64,000 bases of DNA. It comes from Paraspadella gotoi (Eukaryota; Animalia; Chaetognatha). This document shows positions 15,966 through 29,464 of the stretch, one piece after another. The stretch's first letter is position 1. Each line of letters starts with the position of its first letter. The notes below the pieces were generated by a model, which was not told the DNA's origin, searched no databases, and saw only the letters and a list, made by a program, of their open reading frames with translations. A program made the position numbers and the translations under genes. The DNA is taken from positions 14,550,755 to 14,614,754 of the forward strand of contig CM119266.1 of NCBI GenBank assembly GCA_051294375.1. The letters run 5' to 3'.

Positions 15966-18900
15966 GTAGTGTTCAAAAGCAAACAAATTCATGTGATGGA
16001 ATCGAAGGAGGAGGAAGAGGAAGAGGACGGGGAGGGTTCGTGAATTTGGCTTAATTCTTTGGAGGGATTTGTGCGTGCAAAGGCCTTTCACCTGTTCGCA
16101 AAGTTTTGCCAATGCGAACAAAGGCTTTTAGCGAGCGTACCAATGATTTTTTTCCATGTCTTACTTCATGACTTTATCATTTAAGTACAATTATTTAACA
16201 ATCTAGAATCTTTGCAGAGCTTTCTCATGCATTACATGCCCTAAATCATCCTACGACATACCAAAACTCACGAAAAGTCTCTTCCCTTTCCCTGCAAATA
16301 TTCTTCCCCATGCCATGCCATGGAAAATCCTTTCCCCCTTCAATGCCAACTTTTTCCTCGCTGAAAGCCTTTCACGTCATAATTGAGGGAAAGTTATTTC
16401 GTCGCAATGCAGATGCCGATTCTCACGTCGTCGTCGTTGTCGTCGTCGTCATCGTGCTCGAATAAGATGGCCGAAAAAAAAGAAAACAAAAGAAGAACAA
16501 AAGAAAACAAAACGAAAAACTGGAGTGAGAGAGAGAGAGCGAGCGAGCGAGTGTCTCCCCCCTTTTTTTATTGGCAGAGTCAAAGTCAGGGAAGAAATCT
16601 TTTTTATTTTCTTCTTTCTTTTCTCAATCTTCGTCTGTATTCATCTTAAAAACAAGATAAATATTGACAGTTTTTAGTCTCCGTCGAGGAAAAAGTAGAG
16701 TCGCTTCGTCGAATCTACAGCCACATAGACTTTGCACCTCGATGAGCCTTTTCCTGATAAACGGAGAATGTTTATTATTATCACGATATAAATTAAATTT
16801 CATCTAATAGAAAAAAAAAGCAACTTTCAATTAACTCTATATTTAAAAAAATACCGGATTCAAAATCCCGTTTTTCTTTTATTTAACGCCCGGTAAACCA
16901 CTATCGGCGGGGATGATAAATTAAAATGCGGGCGATTGATCGAGTCCAAAGATCACAACAAAAGGGATAAAGAAAAAAAAAAAGTGACCACTTAGTTGTG
17001 GTAATAAACAAGGTGGGAATTGTATGGAAGAAATGAAATTTTATAATGTATATAGAAAACTATTTGGAAAAATAGAAACTCGATGAAAAAAAATTCTTAT
17101 TTATAGTTATAAACAATATCCAATTTATACAGTATACTCCAACAAGGAATGAGTAAAAATAAAAATACTTAAAGAAAAATAAAGAAGAATTCTTATTTCT
17201 CTCTCTCTCTTTCGCGGTTTTACTTCCCACGCAATCTTTTCGGGTTCGACCGGCCGAAGAGGGCGACAACGACTCAATACAAACGTCGGCAAATCCCAAA
17301 ATTCGTCCTTGTTTGATTTTCATCGCGAAAAATCATTCAAGTCGCTTTTTTTTCCGTTTTCTCAGTTTAGGTATTTAGAGCCTCTTGTTTGCATCCTGTC
17401 ACGCGTTTCCAGGATTCTGTTTGCATCTTGTCAATTTCTTCGATTTCACTAGAACTTAAAAATTTAAAAAGGCGAATCTGTAGTGGAAAGTGACTTGGGT
17501 AGAAAACGGTAAACCTCGTTACTCGAATATTTTTATTCAGTGGCAGATTCAAGATTCATCATGGTAACTGTAAATTTAGCAAAAGCGAGTTAGACCTTTC
17601 TTACCTTTTAATTTATGTTTTGCCAGAGTCTTCGCTATAATCTTTTTTATTCGAAATGAGAATCTCAAAAAATCTTACATCAGAAACTTTAGCTCAATAA
17701 AACAATCAGAGGAAACTTTACTTACTTAATGGGCTAAAAAAAAAGTCAGCTATATCAACCACAAGTAAGAAACACTAACTACTAACGACTGCTAAGCGCT
17801 CAAGCATCTGTATTAACTTATACCTACTACATGGAAATAAAAAAACAATAATTCAAACACCATTTTCACTCGCTTTTTCTTTGGTTAACAATAAGGTGTC
17901 ACAATAATAATTTCAAAGAATACAAATTAAAAAATAAATAATGTAAAGTTGGTGTAAGAGAGAGTCCCCCTACCTTTATTCAGCGTAAAAAATTCCACCT
18001 AATCTAAGTGTTTTTGGAGGTTAAAAAAACCTATTTAACTAAAAAACCTTTAAAAATGTGGAAATCAAGGTATTTAGCACTTTTTCGAAGAGAAGACGAA
18101 ATTAAAATCTGCATCCCATGACGCAGTATAACAATGTTACAGACGAATAATATATATGTTTTGTAACATTAGATCAATAAACATAAAGCGCCAAAGTCAC
18201 AGCTGCGAAAGGGAAACTCAGAAACCTTCTTTTTAGAAATCATATTTCTGATATTGCAGTAAAACAATTCTTCTATTAAACAGAGTCTCAGTAAGCGCAA
18301 CAGTAACCATTTGAAATAGAGACAATTTAAGAATACATTGAAAACATGTATTACTACTATATTAAAAAAACAGAAACATCATCTCGATCATGGCATATCC
18401 GAGAAAATGTCACAATCAAAGAATAAAAAAAGACCAGCTCTAATTTCAAAGAGATGACAATGATGATTATGTAATAACAACGTGGTTAAATTTTTATTTT
18501 GCAGCCACTGCATTGAGTAAAAGATAAAATAAGAAAACTTTGTATTGCTCAAGTTGAAATATTGCCATTTCAGCATTCAAATATATAGCATTCCTTATTA
18601 AAAATAATTTTTTCTATAAAACTTTTTTACTTTTTTTATCAGCAACGAAAGAACAGGAGCATGACGACCGATTTCAAATATTTTTCATTCGGTTGAACAT
18701 TTGCTTTTCTTGATATTATGAACAGAAGAAAAACACTGATATACGTCGGCTGTCGGTTAATCGTTGTTAATTTGTGTCGTTTCCTTCCGAGTGTCCGATT
18801 TTGTTTGCCGTTTTGTTTTAAATTTCATTTTAGATTTCTCCGCATTTTCAAATTGTCGCTACTGATCGGGATCAGTGGAGTCGAGGAGTAGGTGAGGATC

Positions 18901-19557
18901 TCGTTTTCCTCGCAGTCCGTGGAAACCTCGCATCGGACCGCGTTTTTCTATCGAAATGAAAATGTTAATGATAAGTCATAAGTTATGATTTTTTTTTTTA
19001 TTTCGAATTTCTTTTCTTTTATTCATTGTACATATTGGATTGAAACTCATCTGACAACAATCAGTCCTGGAAATTAGATGAATGCAGTGCGCAGTACGCA
19101 CTGTATAATACTCATTATGTTAAATCGCTTATTTTTGAAACTGCCACTTCGACTCGAGTGACCTTAAAACTTTACCGGAAGGAAATCGCGTTTCCCGATG
19201 GAGACGCCGTAATAAATCTGCGGCCGAGTCGTCGACGCCGGTTTCAGCCACGCCCCGATACGACGCCGGCGACGCTCGTTCGTCCAAAGCGTCTGATGCG
19301 AAGGCGCGTCGTGAGATTTCACGGGGAGAAGCGGCGCCGTTAGAGGGAGGGAACTGACGGGGGACGGAAGTCAGACAGAAAAGGATCAGCGTGACTCGTA
19401 TTTAAAGAAATTACAATTAGAATTTAAAATTGGATATTATAAGTACTACGTAAATTGCCATTAAGGAGGCGCAAAATTTAAGTCTAAAAAGAAAAGTGAG
19501 ACTCTTTTAAGTAGTTTGACGTATTTTAGACTTTTGGTCCAATCAGCTTCTTCATTT

Positions 19558-19840
19558 TATGAAATTGGTACAACCAATATAAAAATTATCCATCCATTTA
19601 ATAAATAAGCTATCTTGTCCCTGACTTTGGACAGGCTTTGGTGGTTTAAGGCCTCCATCACACTTGCAAAATAATAACATAACAGGTTTCTGCAAGCTTT
19701 TAATCAAGCCTCTCTCACAGACTTGTTTATTCACTCCCAGTGAACCTGGCTTTCCCATCAATGAAGTGGTATAATATTTCAAAGAATGTTTCAATTGTAT
19801 GAAAAGACCACTCCCTTAAGTATTAGATCGGGGAATACTA
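19558..19840 (+). mobile_element. Dispersed non-autonomous repeat; other copies at ~1100-1255, ~39981-40202 and inverted fragments at ~40610-40720 and ~62130-62172
   Basis: Shared core TGAAATTGGTACAACC...CCCTGACTTTGG...GGTGGTTTAAG.CCTCCATCAC; the 19.6 and 40 kb copies both end AAGTATTAGAYCGGGGAATACTA. Confidence 0.7.
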
Positions 19841-20192
19841 TATGTACTCCGCACTAGCATCAAAATACAAGGAGCTGAATTTTATGAAATATATTAAATA
19901 CTCTTATTCACATCGCTTAAAATTTAGGGATGGTTATCTTTAAACTCACTCTGATTCGTTGAAGCCAATTCTGAAAGTGTTCAATCAGATTTCTCACTGC
20001 GTTTCTCTCCTCTGCTTCCCTTCGCAGGTTCTGTTAATTTTTTTTATAAAAAAAAACATTTATCTTTACGGATGTCAAAGAGTGAATAATTTAATGCAGT
20101 CCATCAGGTCATTTTGTTTAGGCTTGAGAGAGCTATAGAGAGAGAGAGAGTTAAAGAGTCAGAAAAAAAACAAAAAGAGATCCGTAGGAAAA

Positions 20193-20194
<2 letters not shown>

Positions 20195-20288
<94 letters not shown>

Positions 20289-20316
20289 ATGAATGAATGA
20301 ATGAATGAATGAATGA
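20195..20316. repeat. (GAAA)n followed by (GAAT)n microsatellite
   Basis: Direct reading. Confidence 0.95.
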
Positions 20317-22458
20317 AAAGAGAAAAACAGAAAGAGAGAAGGAGAAAGTGAAAGAGAAAGAAACAGTTGCGTAGGCTGAAAACAGAGAATGGCAAAAGAC
20401 TAGACAAACGATGAATCGCAACTAAAAACCAATTATCGTCATCAAGTATCCGTCGTCGTTTGCATCGCAAAGCAATCGTACAAACATATTACAAATACGT
20501 AGTTGAGCATTATGTACTTTGTGCAACGTATATACAGTACAATTTACATACATTTCCTTTCCAAAATATCATTTGTTTCGTGATAAACTGACCTGGACAT
20601 CTGTTCTTGGTAAGTTCCAATCCCTCGACGCCACTTCGCCCCGAACGGCGACAACGACTAGGACCGACGAGGAGGCGACGGACGCCGCAGAATATTTGGA
20701 ACCCAATTTCTTGAAGACGAGGAAGAGGGGGGGAAGGGGGGGGGATTGGCGGGCGGGAAACGAAGAGCAGGTAATAGACGGATATAAACTTTAGGACAGA
20801 ACTAAGTACTGGCGCCGCGATTCACCTTGCATTGCGGTCAAATTAATCAAATATTCATCTACTTAATTAATTAATCCAGTTGAATTATTTATAATGTTTG
20901 GGAAACATTAAAAAAATATATCTTTTTTTTAAAATCACGGTCAATCGATCAAGGAGTCAAGTCGGCCCCCCAGAGCGGAAACTCGTTCCGAGGCCATTCC
21001 GCCCGAAATTGTTTCCGACGTCGAGCTAAATTGATCGTCGGCGATATTTCCGAGCGATTCCCGACAGAGGCGACGGAAATTGAGTGGCGCTCTCACAAAA
21101 TTTCCCCTTCGTCGCCCGACGGACGAGCGTTAACGGTTTTCTGCCTCGTTAAGAAATCGTTCGCCGGGAACCGTGACGAAATATGGCGAGTCCGAGCGGC
21201 GACCCGAGGCCCGTGAACCGGAAAATTGAGTTTCGTGGGGGGGGGGAAAAAGGAAGGGAAGCGGAATCCAATTACTTACTTTTCGGTAGGAGTAGACGGG
21301 GAAATTATTGAATTATGGGCACTATTTTCCGAGAGCGCCACATTTAGAAACGATACACTTAATTTTATCCCTAATATCTGTGGATAAGGCATTAATTAGG
21401 CTGACGAGTACTATCCACAACTTTTTTAACCCCTTTAGCAGCCATGGAACGGGTCCTAGGCTTGGAACCAGGCCACCAAGGCGGATAACGCTTCCCACAG
21501 GGTAAGTACCATTAAGGATAGATCTTGTTGGTGTTACCCAATAAAAAATCGGGTCAAGACTGAAGGTGTCGTGCTTATTGGCAGGGTAAACCTATTGTAT
21601 TGCCCAACTGCATATCTAACTACATATTTATATTTTTCCAAATAATTAATCGAATCCCTAACCCTAAATTGAATCCCTAATTCCAAACTTAATTATTAAA
21701 CTTAAAAACAAACTTAATTGTGAATTGAAGTTGACCATTCGTTTGGTCTAGATTAGCCCTGTTACTAATTACCTTGCTTTTTTTTAAAACTGGTGTTGGT
21801 TTATTTTTATTTTTTTAATGATTCTCGTCGAGAAAAAGAAAAACGAAAACGAGGAGGAAAAGAAAAACAAAAAAAAGGAAATAAGAATAGAAGGAAATAA
21901 AAACAGAGAAAGAGATAAAAGAAAGAAGAAAAATGAAGCAAACCAAGAAAAAACAAAAGACGTTTCCTTTCCCCGTCTCACATTTTCCGTTCGACTTACG
22001 TACCAAGCTATTCATTCGTCCGGCGCCTACGTTTCGGTTGGACAAAGCGCCGCAAAATTCCATCGCTGGTTCTCGTGAAGTCGATAACAAGGGTGCCGGA
22101 ACTGTTGTAATTGAAGAAGGATAAAGTGCCGAACTAAAAAAAAAAAGCGCCGGAAAAAAAAAAGCAGCGTCTTTTGATGAGTTGATTCAAAGAAAAACGT
22201 TGCGAAGCTGAAGGCGACGGAACGCAAACTTTTCCGCTTTTATATTCGCGACGCCGACGACGACGACGGCGACGGCAATGAAGAAGACGATGACGGGGAC
22301 GACGCCGACGATAATGACGACGACGATAATGACGACGACGCCGACGATAATGACGACGACGCCCACGCCGGAAACGTCGAAGGCGACGGACGCGTCAGCG
22401 AAAACGATCATAACGACTATAGTTGGCGGCTTCAGCCAAGAACGACGAAGCAGAATAT

Positions 22459-22555
<97 letters not shown>

Positions 22556-22973
22556 GCAAAGAACAAGAAATTGAAACTAATTAGTTAACGTTTATTAAAG
22601 TTGGAAACAGGCGAATTTTCTCTCAAGACTGAGACAAGCGCGCAAGCGGAAGGTGCCAAGAGGCGCTTTTACACACGCGAAACGGCGTAACGTCATTCTT
22701 GTTGACGCCGGAATTTTATGCAATGAGCCATGAGTTTCAGCCGGCGTCCTGGCGCCTTAATTTCCGAAAGGCGTGAGTGGCGTCGCTATCGGATGCGAAG
22801 GAGACTGATGGCTTTTGATTTAAGGCGGGAATGATAATAATCGAGGCAATGAAGACGATCGTTGTCCGAATATTTCCTCCCCCCCCCAGACGCTAGGCCA
22901 ATTTTCGGATCCCTTCAACGCCAGGCGTCGATGACTTCGAGAACGTCTTCGATTCATATTTATTAGTTCCCCC

Positions 22974-24088
22974 TAAGGGGTAAACTTAGGTAAAGATATT
23001 TTATTAAGTAGGTAATAGACAATTTTTTGGTTTACCTAGTAGATACCTGAATAAAAATAGTCAATTTTTAATTGACGAAAGTAGCTTTAAAACAGAAATA
23101 TGATTAACGAAAATTAAAAAGAGAAACATTTTAAATAAATTCAAACAAATTGATAATAAATTAAATTTAATTTATTAAATTGGAATATTTTTGGGTATTA
23201 ATTTTTAAACTACAAATCTTTTTCAAATATAAAATTTTGCTTAACATTGACATTAAATTAGTTTAACCCCTAGAATATTTTTTAATAAAAAACGAACTAA
23301 TTTTATTTTACAAAAAAATAGCAGCTAAAAATGCATACTTAGCTTTACCAAGTTTGGTGACAGGGTTTGGAGTCCAGCACAAAAGTTTTCTGATTAAGAT
23401 TAAGATGCTTTTAATGTGTTAATAAATGTTATTTCTCACTTTAACTGAGTTAAAACTTCTGTTAATGATAAAAAATAGCTGGAATCTGAATTTTCTTATA
23501 CTTTTTTTTGTATATCATGACCATTAGTTTTGTACTTACTTTATCTTAAACGAATCTTTTTACATAATAAGCACATAATAAGCACAGAATTATCATGAGC
23601 TTTGAGTTTGATGATAAGATGCAAATTTTTTGAGGGGGTGATTTGAGTCTTGGATATATTTTTATATCATTTTTATGATCGAAGGTTCCATCTTTACAAG
23701 CATATCAGGATATGTACAAATTTTACATTCCAGATCTCTTTAAATATATGCATCCACATTATTATTACTAGTCTTTTTATCATATTTCAATTTATCATTT
23801 CTCATCGATGAGCCACTTGATAATTTTATCGGTTTTGGGCATGGTAGTAGCTTATATACTTAAGGCCATATCACTGCGGATACTTTCATGATGCTTTCAG
23901 GTAGAGTTAATAATGAAATCAAGTAGAGTTAATTATGAAATCAAACCAAAAAAAAGAAATATATTGTTTAATTTATCTTTAAAAAAATTTTGATTCAAAA
24001 ATTAAGAAAAATCTTGTCTTTACCTAGGTAACCTGAGTTACACTTTGCACAGTTAATCAGGCAAAATATTACCTAAATTCACCCTTTA
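22974..24088. mobile_element. hAT-type MITE
   Basis: Imperfect TIRs TAAGGGGTAAACTTAGGTAA / TTACCTAAATTCACCCTTTA; 8-bp TSD GTTCCCCC / GTTCCTCC; AT-rich interior. Confidence 0.6.
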
Positions 24089-24240
24089 GTTCCTCCACGC
24101 TTTTTCATAATTGTGAATCGCATTTTCGTCGCGCCCCTTCGCCTTCGCCATTCAGGTCACGTTGTTTTCGGGTCAATTTAACGTCAAACGCCTTTTCGCT
24201 TGCGTCGCCCCATATATGTAAGAGTAGAAATGATTGTAAA

Positions 24241-24513
24241 ATACCGGAGTTGGACCATATATCGAGACAAAATTTCAAAAAATCATTACTCTAAAACTCT
24301 TAATGATTTTTAAAATCTGAATAAATATTCGTATAATTAGCTTTTAGACGATATATTAATTGTTTAATTAATTCTTTAATATTATGCTTCTTTTGATGTA
24401 GCAAAGGCAACTGCTCAGGTTTGGAAAAAAAATGTTTGAATACTTATAGTATAATCTCATTCTAATACATAAGAGTTAAAACTATTTTTGGAAGTACTTA
24501 TTTGTAGTATAAT
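24241..24513. mobile_element. Fragment of the Tc1/mariner-type MITE family seen intact at 60349-61187
   Basis: Inverted similarity to ~60935-61188 including the TIR-like GGACCATATATCGAGACAAAA. Confidence 0.65.
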
Positions 24514-24516
24514 TAT

Positions 24517-24563
24517 GACTCTTAATCCCGGGGTCGTGGGTTCGAGCCCCACATTGGGCGCCA
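24517..24563 (+). pseudogene. 3' half of tRNA-Lys(CTT) ending in encoded CCA
   Basis: GACTCTTAATCCCGGGGTCGTGGGTTCGAGCCCCACATTGGGCGCCA matches the anticodon loop to acceptor end of metazoan tRNA-Lys(CTT); 5' half absent. Confidence 0.8.
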
Positions 24564-25648
24564 CTGAAGAAGAAGACGTATATCGCAACGGTAATGTTTA
24601 TTGAGGAAAAGTCCCTGGCCGGAATAGTATTAAGAAAAAAAGGAAGTTAGTAGAACTCGAGACTCGCGGAGACTGGACTAAAAAGGACGGATCCTCGGGA
24701 GAGGGAGGGGAAGAGGAGGATGAGGATCGAGAATGCTTCTGGCAATGTGTACATGATATTTTGGTTAAAAAAATTTTAAAGTAAGCAGGTGAGGTTTGGG
24801 GAAGTTACTGTTATAGTTTAATTTTTATTAAAACTTACTTTTATCAAAAAATTTATTAACGATATTATCAGATAATTAAATTAATCATGTAAGATTTCTG
24901 AATGCATAATAAGGTAAAAAATATATAAAGTATTTGACAATATAAACATATTCTGAAGAGACAGTGATATATCATATTTAGAAACGACGAATGAAAAATA
25001 TTAATAAGTATTGCTTTTATCGTATGCAATACAATGTTTTGAAAACCTCCACGACGCCTTGTAGTTGCTTAAACTTAAACTTAAACTTAATAAGAAACAA
25101 CTTTTCCTTCCAGTCACTTACCGCGGCCTTTCTACCTTCTTTTTTTCAGGTTTTCTACGTACGTATATAAGAAATATAAGAATTTCGAACGATATCATCA
25201 GATATTTTTTTCTACAAACAAAATAATAACAGATTAGTATTTCATGAGGTGATGAATCACTATAAATGAATAGACAGTAAAAAATATTGTTAGACCTCTC
25301 GCAAAAAGCAAACTAGGAGTGATAAGTAAAAGTCAAAGCTGTTTTTAGTCGCGGAGCAACTCAATAAGTCACTCTTGAGTCAGTCGATCTGTCCCACATA
25401 CGTTTCAAATGCTTATATGAAAGCTGTCTAACTTTCCCTTGGTTGCTTTTTTTTACAATATGAAACTGTCTGCAATAAAAGTATTTTGTCCTTTAACAAT
25501 TAAATTGACTTAAGATATTAGATTTTGATTAAATTCATTTTCCTCATGCATGGAAGCATTTTAATATTTATATATTTATTTTTTAACATTAATATATATT
25601 TTGCTGAGTTTGTATTAAATGTTTTGTTATCTTTGCAAGATCTTTTCT

Positions 25649-27118
25649 TCAGATCTGCACGGCGTTCGGAGGTTCTGTTTTTCGACGCCGCCTTTCTGTG
25701 AGACTTTGTCGCCGCCATCTCGAGCGTCTTTGACGTCTTTGAGCGTCTTTGTCACCGCCATCTCGAGCGTCTTTGACCGGCGCCATCGTCTCCTCTGCGC
25801 TATTTAACTTAATTCCGAGTTCATCATTAGTGTTAGACATCAATTGAAGATTAGTGCGACTCTCTGAAAACTGTAAGAATAAAAGATGGAATTCCGATGC
25901 TATTCGTCTTACGGGTAATCAGGTGATCACCCGGAAATGAGCAGGCTACGAACTTCTCGGAGCTCCAGTGGGCGACATCCCTTTCTACCGCGATGTAGTA
26001 GCAGGGCGCGTGCAAAAAATCGCCGAATTTTTAGTCGGATCTGCTTATCGGCAGATCCCGACTCTATAATTCACTTTGTCGGTCCGTCGGTCCCCTCAAT
26101 ATTGTCGGGCACACACTTATATCATGTCAGAACATCAAATTATGATAAATTATGCAAAAAAATGATGTCCGACCGTCCGTCCGTCTGTCCGTCCGTTCGT
26201 CCCACCTTAGCAAAAACACCAAATACTCGTGATTGGATGGATGGATTTGAAGGAAGATTTGTGTATGGGTAGGGAAGTGTGTGATTGAGCTGGAAATCAA
26301 GTTTCGATGGAATCGTCTGAGTGGAAATGAGTTTAAATGGAAAAAACAAAAAACCTGTTTCACTAATTGATTATTCTTCTTTTTCCTTTTATATTAAATG
26401 TATTAATTAATCAAATAATTAATCAATTAGTCAATTAATTAATCAATAATTAATCAATTAGTCAATTAATTAATCAATAATTAATTAATCGTCAATCAAT
26501 CAAGTCAATCGTTATCGGCATTATTCTCATAGTTGTCATTGCTTTTGTCGTGGTTAGTTGATCAGAATTTTTCGACTTCACTACTATCTAGGAAAAAAGT
26601 AAATAACATTGTTAATTAAGGATATCTATTCGAAAATTTATTTGATTTAAAAAAAATCAGAATGTTTCCGTATCTATATTGAATTTTTTTCAGTAGCTTC
26701 CTTCCATTTTTTTGTAGGTCAATTCGTTTAGAAGTTACAGGCCAATAAATATTGTTACTTCAATTCTAACATGAAAAATGGCCCCCAAAAATTTAGTTTT
26801 CCTCCATTTTTAATATTTAGTTATTTATTTTTATTTCAATACAGTTAATTATTTTTTTTTAATTTGGCAATGCTAAAAAGGCCTTGCACCTCATTTTTGG
26901 TTCAAAAATGTGCTATTATACTTTTTAGAAAAGAGGGAAAGATATGCAACATCAACATCAGGCCTGAAAATAATTGAGTTAAGATAGTGGAAAAACATTT
27001 CACTGTCATACCTCAATTTTCTGTATGAGAACATGCCCAGACGAATGCAGACAGTGTTCAAATAGCATACCAAATATTGAGAATGTTTTACCCATGTTTT
27101 TTATACTTTTTATTGAAT

Positions 27119-27152
<34 letters not shown>

Positions 27153-28018
27153 CCTAGATAGTAGATGTAGTAAAAACATTATATTTTTCATTTTTTGTGT
27201 TTCTTTTTCGGGGTGTCTAGGGAACCGTGGCTCTGTTCTCCAACTCAAGAGGCTGTCCTCTACCGACTGCTGAACAAGTCGCCGCAGCCATTGAGATGCG
27301 CAAGGTCTCCAAAACCCGGCAGAATTTCGAGACACTTGTTGTTCGGCGTTGTTCGGCGTTGTTCGCAGGGAATCTTCTTCCAACCTCTTGTCGTTGAGAC
27401 TTTCGGCGGCTGGGACAAAGAGTCGATTCCCTTCCTAAAATCAATCGCTCGACAGGACGCCAGTCGGTGGGGGAAAGATTCGGTTCTTGAGACCATCACA
27501 ATTCTACCTCTTAATGTCGTTTCCTTTTTCAGTTAATGACTTGATTTTTCTCGTTTACCTTCAATTAAATTCAAGCTGCATTAATTAATTATTAATAAAT
27601 AAGTAAATAATTAATATTTAATTATTTGTAATATTTAATTAATTTTGTGATAGAGATTGTTTTTTGATTGAGAGGCGAAGACAAAGTAGAAAACGATTTT
27701 GACACGAATAAAAAAAATCATATATTAATTAATTAATTAATTAATTATCTGATCAGCTTGCTTACCGTAAATGGGTAGATCCGGCATTGTTTGCTCAAAC
27801 TTGTTAAAATATATTGATAAAGATTCGAAAGAAAACATCTGCTACCGCCAACGCCTTCAATAACAGTTCCTTACCATGTCCAGTTCGTGGACTTTCACAG
27901 TGAGGAAGACAAGGAAAAGAATGGCGGCGATGATTCCCACGATAAACAGTAGCACAAAAATAAATTTACCAACGGTTCTAGCACCCAAACTCTCCATTTT
28001 TTTGTCGGTGGACGCCAT
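25649..28018 (-). CDS. Probable two-exon small single-pass (type II/signal-anchor) membrane protein (28018-27875, 25870-25649)
   Basis: Kozak GCACCATGG; MASTDKKMESLGARTVGKFIFVLLFIVGIIAAILFLVFLTVKVHELDM|gtaagg ... ttacag|FSESRTNLQLMSN...; AATAAA at 25580-25575. Confidence 0.55.
25905..26025 (+). mobile_element. Degraded RT fragment of a CRE-like non-LTR retrotransposon
   Basis: Translation AGYELLGAPVGDIPFYRDVVAGRVQKIA resembles the LLGxPxG late-RT motif; in-frame stop upstream. Confidence 0.45.
26028..26530 (+). mobile_element. Helentron-associated (HINE/DINE-like) interspersed element, 5' part; 3' end probably at ~27725-27806
   Basis: TTTTAGTCGGATCTGC..GCAGATCCCGACTCTATA hairpin, (GTCC/GTCT)n, (TAAT/CAAT)n; same layout at 46497-47186 ending AAACTTGTT. 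Confidence 0.55.
27225..27500 (+). mobile_element. Frameshifted C-terminal restriction-like endonuclease region of a CRE-like LINE
   Basis: SPTQEAVL / AEQVAAAIEMRKVSK / CSQGIFFQPLVVETFGGWDKESIPFLKSIA; FxPLVVETFGGW is typical of RLE LINEs. Confidence 0.65.
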
Positions 28019-28726
28019 GGTGCTACTGCAACCTTGTTTCCCCTTTAGTTTTTCTCACAGAGTGCAATCTCTATATTAAGGCGGAACATTTACAAACTAA
28101 CAGAAGTCTGGAATAGTTATGGTTAATGTGTTTATTATAGATCGTGAAAATTAAAAAAAATTAAGATTAATCTGGTTAGTTTTCCTTTCTTATAATAGGG
28201 CCAATCTTTGTCAATGGGGTGGGTCAGAAGTTTGAATTGGAAACCTTCCCAAATGAAACTTCATACATTTCTGAGAAAACTTTAAATAGGCCAAAATTTT
28301 TTTTTATTTTGCTAGAAACATTAGTAATTAATTTTTGATATTTATTTATTTTTTGAATTTTATATTTTTAAAAGCTCATGAAAAACTGTCTACACAAAGT
28401 ATAATTTAAAAAAAAATATTTTGATGATAAAAGGTAAAACTTGGGAAAAATCTTAAAAAATCATTATTATCATCATCATCATCCGATGATTTAAGCAGTT
28501 TTTATTAATTTTCAGTAATAAAACGTCAAAGTTGTAATTACATTTTTTGCTTAACTTTTTTAGCTCTATCAGAATAAGTAAAAAAACTTAAAATTTTATA
28601 TAGCAATATTATAATTTTAATTAGCGAATTACTCATGGTTCGGAATATTTTTTCAAAAAAATATTTTAACACAATAACTATTTAAGCAAAGTTTGAAAAT
28701 AATTTCATCAACGATTTTATTTGTGT

Positions 28727-28769
28727 ACGGACATGTTTCGACTCTTTTATTTCGAGCCTTCATCAGCGT
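28727..28769 (-). ncRNA. Minimal type I hammerhead ribozyme (pLTR, inverted copy)
   Basis: ACG-CTGATGA-AGGCTC gaaataaaa GAGTC-GAAA-CATGTC-CGT on the minus strand. Confidence 0.75.
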
Positions 28770-29355
28770 TAATAAAGCATCTACAAATTTGTGCAAAAGA
28801 AGGGAGAGAGAGAGAGAGAGAGAGAAAGAAAGAGAGAGAGGGCAAAAAGTTTCCAACACAGAGATGGTGGTTTAAAGAATGAGTACAGATTAAGTTGAGG
28901 ACAGATCAGTTGTGAAAAGAAGTGAAATGGTCAATTGGTGAAAGAGAGAGAGACAGAGAGAGAGAGAAGGAGAAAGAGAGAGGGAGAGAGAGAAACAGAG
29001 GGAGACAAAATAATACATTGTGCAATGTACAACAAGGAATAAGTTTAAACTAATAGTGAATTTAATAAAATTGTCATCTCAACCAATGACGCGTCAATAA
29101 CCCGGCTACATCGTTAAGGCCTTTCATTTGCATAAACCAAAGGGGGCCTGCTCATTTTGAGCTCTATCTTAATTCTTAATCTTTCACTTTAACAGTCACT
29201 TATCTATCCCTCACAAAAAATGTATCATTTCACATTTAAAAACTTTCCTTTCCTTTCATTACTATCTATTTATTATTAGATTAATTGTTAAATTCACTAT
29301 TAGTTTAAACTTATTCCTTGTTGTACATTGCACAATGTATTATTTTGTCTCCCTC

Positions 29356-29390
<35 letters not shown>

Positions 29391-29421
29391 TCTTTTGCAC
29401 AAATTTGTAGATGCTTTATTA

Positions 29422-29464
29422 ACGCTGATGAAGGCTCGAAATAAAAGAGTCGAAACATGTCCGT
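29422..29464 (+). ncRNA. Minimal type I hammerhead ribozyme (pLTR)
   Basis: ACG-CTGATGA-AGGCTC gaaataaaa GAGTC-GAAA-CATGTC-CGT: core, stem II, palindromic stem III ACATGT, GUC site, 3-bp stem I. Confidence 0.8.

Noticed and set aside
25068-25090. (TTAAAC)n here and (AAACCC)n at ~60855 as telomeric seeds
   Set aside because: Only 3-4 units and no consistent telomere motif
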